Below, one piece after another: positions 1-8,181 of a stretch of DNA of 64,000 nt. A program made the position numbers and the translations under genes. Below the pieces are notes generated by a model. It saw only the letters and a list, made by a program, of their open reading frames with translations, was not told where the DNA came from and ran no database searches. Source of the DNA: Candidatus Multivoradales bacterium (lineage in GTDB: Bacteria > Acidobacteriota > Thermoanaerobaculia > Multivoradales > Multivoraceae). Numbering within the stretch: position 1 is the stretch's first letter; each line of letters opens with the position of its first letter. Location: positions 4,160,001-4,224,000 of the forward strand of contig CBDCWI010000002.1 of NCBI GenBank assembly GCA_965223325.1, given 5' to 3'.

Positions 1-1
1 G

Positions 2-178
2 ATCTTCGAATCGAGGCCGGGCAGATCCACAGAGTTTGTGAAGATCGACACACACTCTGCTGAGCTACGCGCCGTCGGGTTCTCGTCGACGGGACGGTCC
101 CTAGTCGTTGGAACCAACTCCGATGTGACCATATACAGCCGTGTGACGCCGCCGAACAACCGGATGGAGCCGACATGA
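2..178 (+). CDS. 3' end of a cassette ORF (partial; possible WD40/beta-propeller end)
   Basis: Open frame from the window edge, ...ELRAVGFSSTGRSLVVGTNSDVTIY..., with the stop codon inside attC1. Confidence 0.5.
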   Translation: MFESRPGRSTEFVKIDTHSAELRAVGFSSTGRSLVVGTNSDVTIYSRVTPPNNRMEPT

Positions 179-230
179 ACAGCTCGGCTTCGCCTTCGCT
201 GCTCAAGCGGCTCATCCTTGTCCGTTCGGC
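151..230 (+). repeat. attC site 1
   Basis: gccgaac(151)...gttcggc(230), internal inverted repeats. Confidence 0.9.
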
Positions 231-608
231 GGCGAAGTCGCTATCCTGGCGCCTCAGCTGGGTCGCTCGATCCATCAGAGCGTAGCTCCGGCTTCCTTGT
301 TTAGGGGGCGCGCGTTTCCGCGGAAACGTCGTCCGTGCCTGGCGCCTGGCGATGGCTCCTCCGAATGCGAAGGTCGTCAGGCAAGTCAGCTCCGGGTCCG
401 GTTCTCCGCTCGGTTGTCGTAGAGCGACCCACAAGCTATATGTGTCGCTCCTGTCTACTCCGGTGTGCTGTCACCTTCATGGCAGAATGCCAGTGGGCAC
501 CGGTTCGAAACCGGCAAGGCTCTTGAGCACCAGGCCAGCGCTCTTCAGAAAGGAAACGTCTCAGTGATCGAAACGAGGGGCGTCGTAGATATCGGAGCGC
601 CGCCGAAC
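224..608. other. ORF-less (non-coding) gene cassette A
   Basis: Bounded by gttcggcggcg/cgccgccgaac; no credible ORF; palindrome cgtttccgcggaaacg at 313-328 and hairpins at ~422-450 and 500-514. Confidence 0.65.
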
Positions 609-688
609 AATGTGAATGCAGGGGGCATCGACCCTTCGTTCGCTTCGCTCCGTCGGGCCGCTGCCCCTGATCCACAGGGCCGTTCGGC
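602..688 (+). repeat. attC site 2
   Basis: gccgaac...gttcggc with a cgcttcgctc central motif. Confidence 0.9.
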
Positions 689-718
689 GGCCAACGAACC
701 TCATCAAAACGGGAGGCA

Positions 719-964
719 ATGATGCGTTCTGGATGGATTGGATTTCTGGCACTCTCAGGTTTTGTCATTCTCCTCGCAGTTGTAAACGTTGGCGCTACGC
801 AGCTCTCCGAGACACCGGAGAACTCCTGCTCTATTCAATGCCCGCAAAACACGGCCTATCCGGGTCTGGGAGGCAGTGTCACGTGCCGGGTCGGCTCAGC
901 ACCCGTCTGTCAATGCGTCAACCCTGAGGAGATGATGGCCTATTGCGAGAAGCTCGAAGAGTGA
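719..964 (+). CDS. Small secreted cysteine-rich protein (cassette)
   Basis: GGAGG RBS, N-terminal hydrophobic signal, 6 Cys in the mature part. Confidence 0.7.
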   Translation: MMRSGWIGFLALSGFVILLAVVNVGATQLSETPENSCSIQCPQNTAYPGLGGSVTCRVGSAPVCQCVNPEEMMAYCEKLEE

Positions 965-989
965 GCTGCGCCGAGGGCGTTAGTCACTG

Positions 990-1337
990 ATGGCGTCGAA
1001 ATGGATCATGATCGCGGGCCCTTACTCAAGCGGAGGCGCTTCAGCCTCGCGGCGCCGTGCGAATCTTCGCGCTATGAACGAGGTTGCGTTCGCGATCTAT
1101 CGCAAGGGTCACATACCGATAGTGGGGGTGAACCTTGCCCTTCCGCTCATCGAAATTGCGGGCGACGATTCGTACGAAGAGATCACGATGCCCTTGTCGC
1201 TCGCCGCAGCATCACGGTGCGATGCGGTTCTTCGAATCGGTGGCCCGAGTTCTGGCGCTGATGAAGAAGTCGAACGAATTCGCAAAGCAGGTGGGGCCGT
1301 TTACAGCTCCCTTTCCGAAGTACCGGAGGTCGCATGA
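990..1337 (+). CDS. DUF4406 / nucleoside 2-deoxyribosyltransferase-like protein (cassette)
   Basis: IMIAGPY..., RCDAVLRIGGPSSGADEEV motif typical of this family. Confidence 0.75.
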   Translation: MASKWIMIAGPYSSGGASASRRRANLRAMNEVAFAIYRKGHIPIVGVNLALPLIEIAGDDSYEEITMPLSLAAASRCDAVLRIGGPSSGADEEVERIRKAGGAVYSSLSEVPEVA

Positions 1338-1344
1338 ACGGGCC

Positions 1345-1431
1345 GCCGAACAATCGAAATGCACGAGGACTCGTACCCGTGCTCGCTTCGCTCGCTCGGG
1401 TACTCGCCTGTGATTTCGGGGGCGGTTGTGC
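1345..1431 (+). repeat. attC site 3
   Basis: gccgaac...gttgtgc. Confidence 0.88.
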
Positions 1432-1768
1432 GGCGGGGGAACCGTAGAGCTAGCGGCTCAAGGCGACCGCCGCGAATGATGCTCGGTGGGCCCGGGTGGA
1501 TGTGCGAGACGTCCTGGTGTGAAGGCAAGGGCCCTGCGCTGGGCCCGCCTGGTGCCGGCTGCCTATCAGCTCTATGGCCACTCGCTGAAGCGACTGCGTC
1601 TTCGAGGTTTCTTCACCACTACCGCGAGCGCCGCCCCGGCACGGCGCGGTGGTCTAGGTGATGCCTCGCGAGCCACGGCGCTCCCCAAGTACCCGTCCGG
1701 AACCCCGGACTTGCTGGCCTCCGCGAGTTGGAGTTATACTAGTTTGTCAATAATATGGAGTATCGGCC

Positions 1769-2266
1769 ATGGCTAGCATCTTCACACCTCTACTCGGCTC
1801 AGCTCTGCTCGGCCGGAGCCAGCCGATTCTCTTGGCCTTCGCCCTGGGAGTCTCCTCGCCCTTGGTGGCACGCGCCCAGGACTCCAAGCCGACGACAGCG
1901 CCAGTATTCGTCGCGAGCCAGTGCTCCGACGACTCCGTCGGGGAACGGGTTGCCTACTACGTTCGCGAAGGCATCAACAGATCCACCACCATGCGTACCG
2001 TGGATCGGTACGTCGATTCGGTTATTCGACTTAGCTTGGTTTGCAGTCCGCCGGTCCCTAGAGAGCGAGGCGGTCGGAGTGCGTATAGCTACCAGATCAC
2101 GCTCTACAACTTCGATGGGTACTACGACTTCGCTCTTACGCACGGAGTAGGGGTTTGCGGCAGTGACCGCGTTAAGAGTTGCGCAGACGGGCTTGTTGCA
2201 ACCACGTCTACCGAGTTGTCAGCGTTGCGTGCTCGCCTGGCGGATGAGAAATTCGAGTGGCCATGA
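1769..2266 (+). CDS. Secreted hypothetical protein (cassette)
   Basis: GGAG RBS, signal-like N-terminus ending ARA-Q, 4 Cys; AT-rich promoter-like stretch at ~1732-1757. Confidence 0.7.
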   Translation: MASIFTPLLGSALLGRSQPILLAFALGVSSPLVARAQDSKPTTAPVFVASQCSDDSVGERVAYYVREGINRSTTMRTVDRYVDSVIRLSLVCSPPVPRERGGRSAYSYQITLYNFDGYYDFALTHGVGVCGSDRVKSCADGLVATTSTELSALRARLADEKFEWP

Positions 2267-2381
2267 TCAGAACAAGTACATCGAGCCTAGGCGGGGGTAC
2301 CTCGATTGCGCTTGCGGTGTGCAAGACATGAGAACCGCCCAGCGGCCAGACTCGTCACCGGCAACGGACCAGAGGGCCGCC

Positions 2382-2465
2382 GCACAACAACCGCATTCAG
2401 CGCGACTCGTACCCGCGCTCGCTGCGCTCGCTCGGGCACGAGCGGCTGATGCTCGTCCGTTGGAC
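2382..2465 (+). repeat. attC site 4
   Basis: gcacaac...gttggac. Confidence 0.9.
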
Positions 2466-2483
2466 AGCCTTGAGGCAACCACC

Positions 2484-3170
2484 TTGAATAGGTCAAGAGA
2501 TCGTGTGCTTGTGACATGTTGGAGCGTGGCTATGTCGCTCACTCTCGTGTCCTGTGCCGAGGAGTCAGAAGCTATGAAGCTCTTCAGAAGGTCCGTTTCC
2601 GTAGAGACTCAGTTGGCGGAACTCCGATCCTGCGGCATTGAGCTGAACGAGGGAGTCGAGATCGGCGATCTGACGACTTTCGACGACCGCGCTGCGCTGG
2701 AGAAGCGGCCCTACCAGGGCCTCGTTGAGGTTTTGGGTATCGACGTCGAGCGTGAACCGTTCACCCCTATCTGCGACTCGCTGTGGATGTGCGACTACGA
2801 GAGGGTCGAAGATCACGGGGCGTACGCTGAGGTCCTCGAGCGCCTTGAGCTCATGACAGGCTCAGCCTTGGGGTTATCCGACATAGAAGATCACGTTGAC
2901 GTCTTCGACGAAGGCGTTGCTTGGGTCTCGTTTACGTTCGGCGGCCAGCCGCACAGGTGGGATTTCGAGGTGCAAGATGACTGGCTCGATCCCACCGTTT
3001 TCGTGAAATACGATCAGATGCTGAAGGCCGCTGAGTCTGAAGTGAGGATCTACTCGAACCATACCGACTACGGACAAGTGGCATTTCTCGCGGCCTTCAG
3101 CGCGTCACAGCACCGGTGCTTTGAGAAGCTGTCCCCGGTGAAGTTGATGCAGATCGAGTACCAGGCATGA
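2484..3170 (+). CDS. Hypothetical acidic (lipo)protein, cassette copy 1
   Basis: Fills the cassette between attC4 and attC5; probable TTG start after a GAGG RBS; LVSC lipobox-like motif; start uncertain. Confidence 0.75.
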   Translation: MNRSRDRVLVTCWSVAMSLTLVSCAEESEAMKLFRRSVSVETQLAELRSCGIELNEGVEIGDLTTFDDRAALEKRPYQGLVEVLGIDVEREPFTPICDSLWMCDYERVEDHGAYAEVLERLELMTGSALGLSDIEDHVDVFDEGVAWVSFTFGGQPHRWDFEVQDDWLDPTVFVKYDQMLKAAESEVRIYSNHTDYGQVAFLAAFSASQHRCFEKLSPVKLMQIEYQA

Positions 3171-3188
3171 GAGTTCCCCAGTGCGGCT

Positions 3189-3273
3189 GTCCAACAACCA
3201 CGTGCACTGGACGCGTACCCCGCACTCGCTTCGCTCGCGCGGGCTCCGCGCCAGTGACGTTCGTCCGTTGGAC
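3189..3273 (+). repeat. attC site 5
   Basis: gtccaac...gttggac. Confidence 0.9.
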
Positions 3274-3287
3274 GGCTGAACGGGGAA

Positions 3288-3902
3288 TTGACCGTGGGTA
3301 GGGCGACCATCGCCAAGAAGACGTTCGACGTGAACATCGAGCGAGCCAGCTACTTCCTCGACATTCACGAGCAGACACAACCCGGCGTCGGCGCGCCAAC
3401 ACTTGCCCGCCGAGAGCTCCCGAGAGGTGCGATTGTGTTCGGTGTCGGAGCGCTCGATGCCTACCTGTCCGAAATCTCGGCGGAGGTCATCGTTACTCGC
3501 CTCAGGGAAAGTGAAGCTTCTTCGCGCGAACGAGAAATCTTGAGGAAGGTCCAGAACGAGCTACCCACGCTAAGTCTCGAAGTGGCGCTCCTGGGATCTC
3601 AGGCCGCGAGGATCCAGCACATCCGAGATGCAGTGACGGACCACTTCTTCAACCATGTAAGCCATCATGGATCCAAGGCGGTGGGAGCAGTTCTGCAGCG
3701 AATGGACCTCCGGTCCGCCGACTTTTGGAACCATCTCTCCTCTAAAGGCCACAACGACGCAGCAGAGCGCTTGGATCACTGGACCAACGTTCGTCATGAG
3801 ATCGTCCATCATGGAAAGAAACCTCAGGTCCGCCGGCCACAGGCCCGGAAGTTCATCGAACTGGCCAAGGCTCTCGCCAGCCGATTGGACCATCATGCGT
3901 AG
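3288..3902 (+). CDS. HEPN-domain putative RNase (RiboL-PSP-HEPN-like), cassette
   Basis: C-terminal R-x4-H motif (VRHEIVH) and N-terminal AIVFGVGALDAYLSE helix typical of HEPN. Confidence 0.75.
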   Translation: MTVGRATIAKKTFDVNIERASYFLDIHEQTQPGVGAPTLARRELPRGAIVFGVGALDAYLSEISAEVIVTRLRESEASSREREILRKVQNELPTLSLEVALLGSQAARIQHIRDAVTDHFFNHVSHHGSKAVGAVLQRMDLRSADFWNHLSSKGHNDAAERLDHWTNVRHEIVHHGKKPQVRRPQARKFIELAKALASRLDHHA

Positions 3903-3909
3903 CCACGCC

Positions 3910-3995
3910 GTCCAACAACCGCATGCACGTGGACGCAGACCCCGGGCTCGCTGCGCTCGCTCGGGGTTCACGCCAGTGATGCTCGTCCGTTCGGC
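3910..3995 (+). repeat. attC site 6
   Basis: gtccaac...gttcggc. Confidence 0.9.
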
Positions 3996-4024
3996 GGCTG
4001 GCGCGCCGCGATACAATCAGGACC

Positions 4025-4267
4025 ATGACTGACGACGCCGCTGCCGTTCTCGAGCAAGCCCTGGTCCTGGACGAGTCATCCCGGGCTGACGTGGCTGCCG
4101 CCCTCATTCGAAGTCTTGAGCCTCCTGAGGAGGCAGACGTCGAAGAGGCCTGGCGCGAAGAGGTTCGCCGGCGCCTCGACGACTACAAGGCAGGCGAGAC
4201 CTCGACGGTCCCTTGGTCAGAAGTGCGCGATCAGCTCTTCTCGAGGTTGCGTGCCGCTAGAGGTTGA
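4025..4267 (+). CDS. Addiction module antitoxin (TIGR02574-like)
   Basis: EEAWREEVRRRLDDYKAG..VPWSEV motif; overlaps the downstream toxin. Confidence 0.88.
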   Translation: MTDDAAAVLEQALVLDESSRADVAAALIRSLEPPEEADVEEAWREEVRRRLDDYKAGETSTVPWSEVRDQLFSRLRAARG

Positions 4268-4541
4268 ACTTACACGCCGCGCCCGCCTCGACATCGACGC
4301 CGGGTTCGAGTGGTACCTCGAGCGAAGCCCCAACGCTGCCGAGTCGTTCCTGCGCGAAGTCGATCGCGGAGTCGCCCTGGTCGTCGAGGCACCCGGCGTG
4401 TGGCCCACATTCGAGGGCGCCCAACGCTACGTACTCAACCGTTTTCCCTATTCGCTCATCTACACCGTCGAGGGTCATGTCGTGGTCGTACACGCCGTCG
4501 CGCATCAGAGCCGGCGCCCCGGGTACTGGAAGGACACGTGA
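4251..4541 (+). CDS. RelE/ParE family toxin
   Basis: GTG start at 4251; RYVLNRFPYSLIY...AVAHQSRRPGYW is a classic ParE C-terminus. Confidence 0.9.
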   Translation: MPLEVELTRRARLDIDAGFEWYLERSPNAAESFLREVDRGVALVVEAPGVWPTFEGAQRYVLNRFPYSLIYTVEGHVVVVHAVAHQSRRPGYWKDT

Positions 4542-4549
4542 GCGGCGCC

Positions 4550-4632
4550 GCCGAACACACAGGTCGAGCTGACGTGAACCCGCGCTCGCTTCGCTCGCTC
4601 GGGCCCACGCAGCTCACCTTCGTCCGTTGGGC
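4550..4632 (+). repeat. attC site 7
   Basis: gccgaac...gttgggc. Confidence 0.9.
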
Positions 4633-4673
4633 TGCTCGGGAACCGCATGCGGTGAGCGCAGGTCGAACGATTC

Positions 4674-5204
4674 ATGGCTTCGAGGCGAATCCTCCGCACC
4701 CGGCCGGCCCTGCTGCTGTTGTTGCTGGTCGCCGCCTCCGCTCCACTCGGGTGCGTCGGCCGGCATCATCGCGAACTTCCTCCGCTCGTCAGCACGGAAC
4801 TCACACTCACTGGCGCGTCTTCGGCCCTTCTCGAGGGCCGTTGGCGGGATGTCGATTGGGTCGTGCTCGCAGAAGTCCAGCCGCGTCGACTCTCCGTTCG
4901 GGTACCAGACGGATTCTGGATCAGTGATGCGCGCGTGGTCGACCGCGAGGTTCGCTTCTTGCTTCACGGAGGCGGCGGAGAAGGCGAGATGGCGCTTCGT
5001 TTGCTGGATGCGGAGACAGTCGTGCTTCTTCCCGCCGGAAGCGAGCCGTCCTTCTGCGGAACCTGTACCCCCTACATGTCTCGTCTATCGACGCTCATCC
5101 GTCACCGTGCGCCGCGAGCTGTTCCTGACGGTCTCGCGTGGTTCTCAGACAGGGTCGAGGAACGGTACGAGGCCGGGATGGACTGGCTCGCATCCGTTCT
5201 TTGA
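4674..5204 (+). CDS. Putative lipoprotein (cassette)
   Basis: Basic N-terminus, hydrophobic stretch, PLGC lipobox-like motif; CGTC motif. Confidence 0.7.
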   Translation: MASRRILRTRPALLLLLLVAASAPLGCVGRHHRELPPLVSTELTLTGASSALLEGRWRDVDWVVLAEVQPRRLSVRVPDGFWISDARVVDREVRFLLHGGGGEGEMALRLLDAETVVLLPAGSEPSFCGTCTPYMSRLSTLIRHRAPRAVPDGLAWFSDRVEERYEAGMDWLASVL

Positions 5205-5211
5205 GCGCGCA

Positions 5212-5294
5212 GCCCAACAACTCACTCCACGCGACGCAAACCCGCTTCCGCTTCGCTCCAGCGGGCCTGCGCGCGTGAGCCTTGTCCGTTGGAC
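5212..5294 (+). repeat. attC site 8
   Basis: gcccaac...gttggac. Confidence 0.88.
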
Positions 5295-6095
5295 AGCCTT
5301 GAGGCAACCACCTTGAATAGGTCAAGAGATCGTGTGCTTGTGACATGTTGGAGCGTGGCTATGTCGCTCACTCTCGTGTCCTGTGCCGAGGAGTCAGAAG
5401 CTATGAAGCTCTTCAGAAGGTCCGTTTCCGTAGAGACTCAGTTGGCGGAACTCCGATCCTGCGGCATTGAGCTGAACGAGGGAGTCGAGATCGGCGATCT
5501 GACGACTTTCGACGACCGCGCTGCGCTGGAGAAGCGGCCCTACCAGGGCCTCGTTGAGGTTTTGGGTATCGACGTCGAGCGTGAACCGTTCACCCCTATC
5601 TGCGACTCGCTGTGGATGTGCGACTACGAGAGGGTCGAAGATCACGGGGCGTACGCTGAGGTCCTCGAGCGCCTTGAGCTCATGACAGGCTCAGCCTTGG
5701 GGTTATCCGACATAGAAGATCACGTTGACGTCTTCGACGAAGGCGTTGCTTGGGTCTCGTTTACGTTCGGCGGCCAGCCGCACAGGTGGGATTTCGAGGT
5801 GCAAGATGACTGGCTCGATCCCACCGTTTTCGTGAAATACGATCAGATGCTGAAGGCCGCTGAGTCTGAAGTGAGGATCTACTCGAACCATACCGACTAC
5901 GGACAAGTGGCATTTCTCGCGGCCTTCAGCGCGTCACAGCACCGGTGCTTTGAGAAGCTGTCCCCGGTGAAGTTGATGCAGATCGAGTACCAGGCATGAG
6001 AGTTCCCCAGTGCGGCTGTCCAACAACCACGTGCACTGGACGCGTACCCCGCACTCGCTTCGCTCGCGCGGGCTCCGCGCCAGTGACGTTCGTCC
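5288..6095 (+). repeat. Exact duplicate of cassette 2459-3266
   Basis: Identical by eye at offset 2829; ends at the attC crossover points. Confidence 0.95.
5313..5999 (+). CDS. Hypothetical acidic (lipo)protein, cassette copy 2
   Basis: Identical to 2484-3170. Confidence 0.75.
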   Translation: MNRSRDRVLVTCWSVAMSLTLVSCAEESEAMKLFRRSVSVETQLAELRSCGIELNEGVEIGDLTTFDDRAALEKRPYQGLVEVLGIDVEREPFTPICDSLWMCDYERVEDHGAYAEVLERLELMTGSALGLSDIEDHVDVFDEGVAWVSFTFGGQPHRWDFEVQDDWLDPTVFVKYDQMLKAAESEVRIYSNHTDYGQVAFLAAFSASQHRCFEKLSPVKLMQIEYQA

Positions 6096-6102
6096 GCCGT
6101 AC
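6018..6102 (+). repeat. attC site 9 (core mutated GTT>GCC)
   Basis: Same as attC5, but the R' box reads gccgtac instead of gttgtac. Confidence 0.85.
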
Positions 6103-6484
6103 TGCGCAGGGCACAGTCTAGGTAGCGGCCGGGGCATCGCGAGCTCAGCACGTTGCGCTATCGTCGCGGCCGATTCCGCCGAGCCGTTCGCGGGTGCCGA
6201 CCGTCACGTTCCCGCGGAAACGTTCCGGCGCCACCGCCGGCCCGCGGTGCCGCTCGGCCGGCAAGCTGTACCAGTCGGCCAAGGCCGGGCGGGCACTGGT
6301 TCCTTCTCGTAGCTGTTCAGCGGTGCAAGAATGTGCCTGTACCTGCGCCGTGCAGCCCTCGTCTCTCACCCGGCCGGCGCTACGGAGACCGGGCCGGTTC
6401 GTGGCTCGTGCCTTCTCGTCGAAGAACGCTGCGAGGATCTGAAGCGAACGTCAGCCATGGCAGCCGAAGAGAGCGCAGTACAAC
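6096..6484. other. ORF-less gene cassette B
   Basis: Homologous to 9379-9767; no conserved ORF; near-palindrome at 6207-6222. Confidence 0.7.
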
Positions 6485-6560
6485 AACCCGGTCAACTCGA
6501 CATGAACACGCGTCCGCTTCGCTCCCGCGCGTTCATGCGAGTTACCGTCGTCCGTTGGGA
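6478..6560 (+). repeat. attC site 10
   Basis: gtacaac...gttggga. Confidence 0.88.
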
Positions 6561-6565
6561 GGCCT

Positions 6566-6574
6566 TGGTAGAAT
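6566..6574 (+). promoter_or_regulatory. Extended -10 promoter (TGgTAGAAT) for a leaderless TA transcript
   Basis: TGn-TAGAAT 6 nt before ATG 6581; no RBS. Confidence 0.55.
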
Positions 6575-6580
6575 CTCGTC

Positions 6581-6802
6581 ATGGCTGACGTTTCTATGTC
6601 CGAAGTTCTTGAGCTGCCGGTGGAAGAACGCCTCCGCCTAGCCGAAGCGATCTGGGACAGCATCGCTGAATTCCCCGAGTCTGTTCCTCTTGCGGACGAG
6701 CACAGAGAAGAGCTCGACCGCCGCCTTGACGCCTACTACCGTGATCCAGCGTCCTCGAGCCCCTGGCCCGATGTGAAGAAGAGGCTGCTGAGCGGGAAGT
6801 GA
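6581..6802 (+). CDS. Addiction module antitoxin (TIGR02574-like)
   Basis: LPVEERLRLAEAIWDSI...EELDRRL...SPWPDVKKRL. Confidence 0.92.
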   Translation: MADVSMSEVLELPVEERLRLAEAIWDSIAEFPESVPLADEHREELDRRLDAYYRDPASSSPWPDVKKRLLSGK

Positions 6803-7098
6803 CACTTGCATCGATCGTCACGCCCGAAGCCGAAGCCGACCTGTCCAACGCGTACTCTTGGTACGAACGCAGGGTCGATGGTCTCGGGCTCGACTTCATC
6901 GAGGAGTTTGAGGCGTTGCTGCAGAGGATCGGTGAACGCCCGGATTTGTACCAAGTCGTGCACCGCGATATCCGTCGAGCACTACTCCGCCGGTTTCCGT
7001 ACGCCGCGTTCTACGTTCAAGAGCTCGGGGCCGCCGTCATCATCGCTGTCTTACACCAAGCACAACACCCGCGGCGCGCCCTGTCCCGTCGGCGCTAG
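6799..7098 (+). CDS. RelE/ParE family toxin
   Basis: PEAEADL..AYSWYE...IRRALLRRFPYAAFY...AVLHQ; GTGA overlap with the antitoxin. Confidence 0.92.
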   Translation: MTLASIVTPEAEADLSNAYSWYERRVDGLGLDFIEEFEALLQRIGERPDLYQVVHRDIRRALLRRFPYAAFYVQELGAAVIIAVLHQAQHPRRALSRRR

Positions 7099-7109
7099 TG
7101 AGCACGGCC

Positions 7110-7194
7110 TCCCAACAACGCGTTCCAGCAGACGCGAACCCCGGGCTCGTTGCGCTCGCTCGAGCTTCGCGCTGCTGAACTCAGTCCGTTGTGC
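7110..7194 (+). repeat. attC site 11
   Basis: tcccaac...gttgtgc. Confidence 0.9.
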
Positions 7195-7661
7195 GGCCTA
7201 AACTCGAGATTGCTGGCGCGCTGCTAGCCGGCGCGTTTCTCATAGCCTCGCCTCTCTCGGCGGGCGTAGGTCTGTGTGCGACCGTGGACGACGTTCAGGT
7301 TCTTGAGGAAGCGAACGGCTCGGCCACGGCAGTGAGAGTCTCCGGAGTGCATGACATCGGCGGACCTATCGACGTCATCGTGGTGTCGCTCGAAGTGCCC
7401 GGTCGGATTGCTGCCGAAGTGCACGTCTGCGGCGGCCCCAACATCCCGACCTCGTTCGACGAGACGCTTCCTCTGCCTGTTCTGCCGAAGGGCAGCTACC
7501 AACTGGAGACCATAGTCGTAGCTTGCAACTCGGAAGACAACCGCGAGTTGTGTAGCGTTACGCCCTTCGAGATCACCGTGAGTCCTATCCCGACCATGGG
7601 TAGGGCCGGGCTTGCGGCCTTGGCGATCCTCCTTCTCTGGTCAGCCAGGAGACGGCTGTGA
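7191..7661 (+). CDS. Secreted protein with IPTL-CTERM sorting tail (cassette)
   Basis: Signal peptide; C-terminal SPIPTMGRAGLAALAILLLWSARRRL (IPT-motif, TM helix, basic cluster). Confidence 0.8.
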   Translation: MRPKLEIAGALLAGAFLIASPLSAGVGLCATVDDVQVLEEANGSATAVRVSGVHDIGGPIDVIVVSLEVPGRIAAEVHVCGGPNIPTSFDETLPLPVLPKGSYQLETIVVACNSEDNRELCSVTPFEITVSPIPTMGRAGLAALAILLLWSARRRL

Positions 7662-7706
7662 CGGTCAGGGCAGGCACGAGAGAACACGCCAAGCGGCCGC
7701 CCAACA

Positions 7707-8181
7707 CCTATGAGGTCCCCTGACGTCAAGCGGCAAACGTCTCCTAGCGGACGCGGTCCGTAACGGTTTTCGGTCAGGTTTCGAATTCTGACTTTGGTTT
7801 CAGAGTGGGTGCGAGGCGAAGCCTCTGCACCAAACACCTATTGGGCCTCTGCCCTCGCCGAAGCGACGACTGCTGGCAGAGCCAGCGGACCAGAAACACA
7901 TCGGTGCCCTCGTACCGTCCGATTCAAACCGTGCTGGTCACGCCGGTGGCGTGCCGGAGTTGGTTGCCTGGTTCGGGTGAGGGGCAGAGGTCGAGATCGA
8001 CCGAATGCTGGCAGGTGAGTGGGAAGCCTCGTCCATTCAACCGGTCTGGCTGCCGGCTCTTGTGTCTCAGGCGCGTTGGGTGTCGATGCACCTGGAGCGG
8101 GTACTCCAATGAAGCGCCAAGGATGAGATCGGGCCGTGTGGCTCCAGTTAGGCGGAGGGCTCGAGGCTTCCAACTCGGAGA
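7707..8181 (-). ncRNA. Putative bridge RNA / seekRNA region of the IS1111-type element (copy 1)
   Basis: ~475-nt hairpin-rich non-coding end downstream of tnp, where IS1111-family guide RNAs are encoded; conserved in copy 2. Confidence 0.7.

Noticed and set aside
494-520. tRNA gene suggested by GGTTCGAAACC
   Set aside because: Only a T-arm-like hairpin; no acceptor, D or anticodon stems could be built.
2163-2483. N-terminal extensions of ORFs 2163-3170, 9474-10274 and 10431-10781
   Set aside because: They read through attC or non-coding cassette DNA; the duplicate cassette and family motifs place the true starts downstream.
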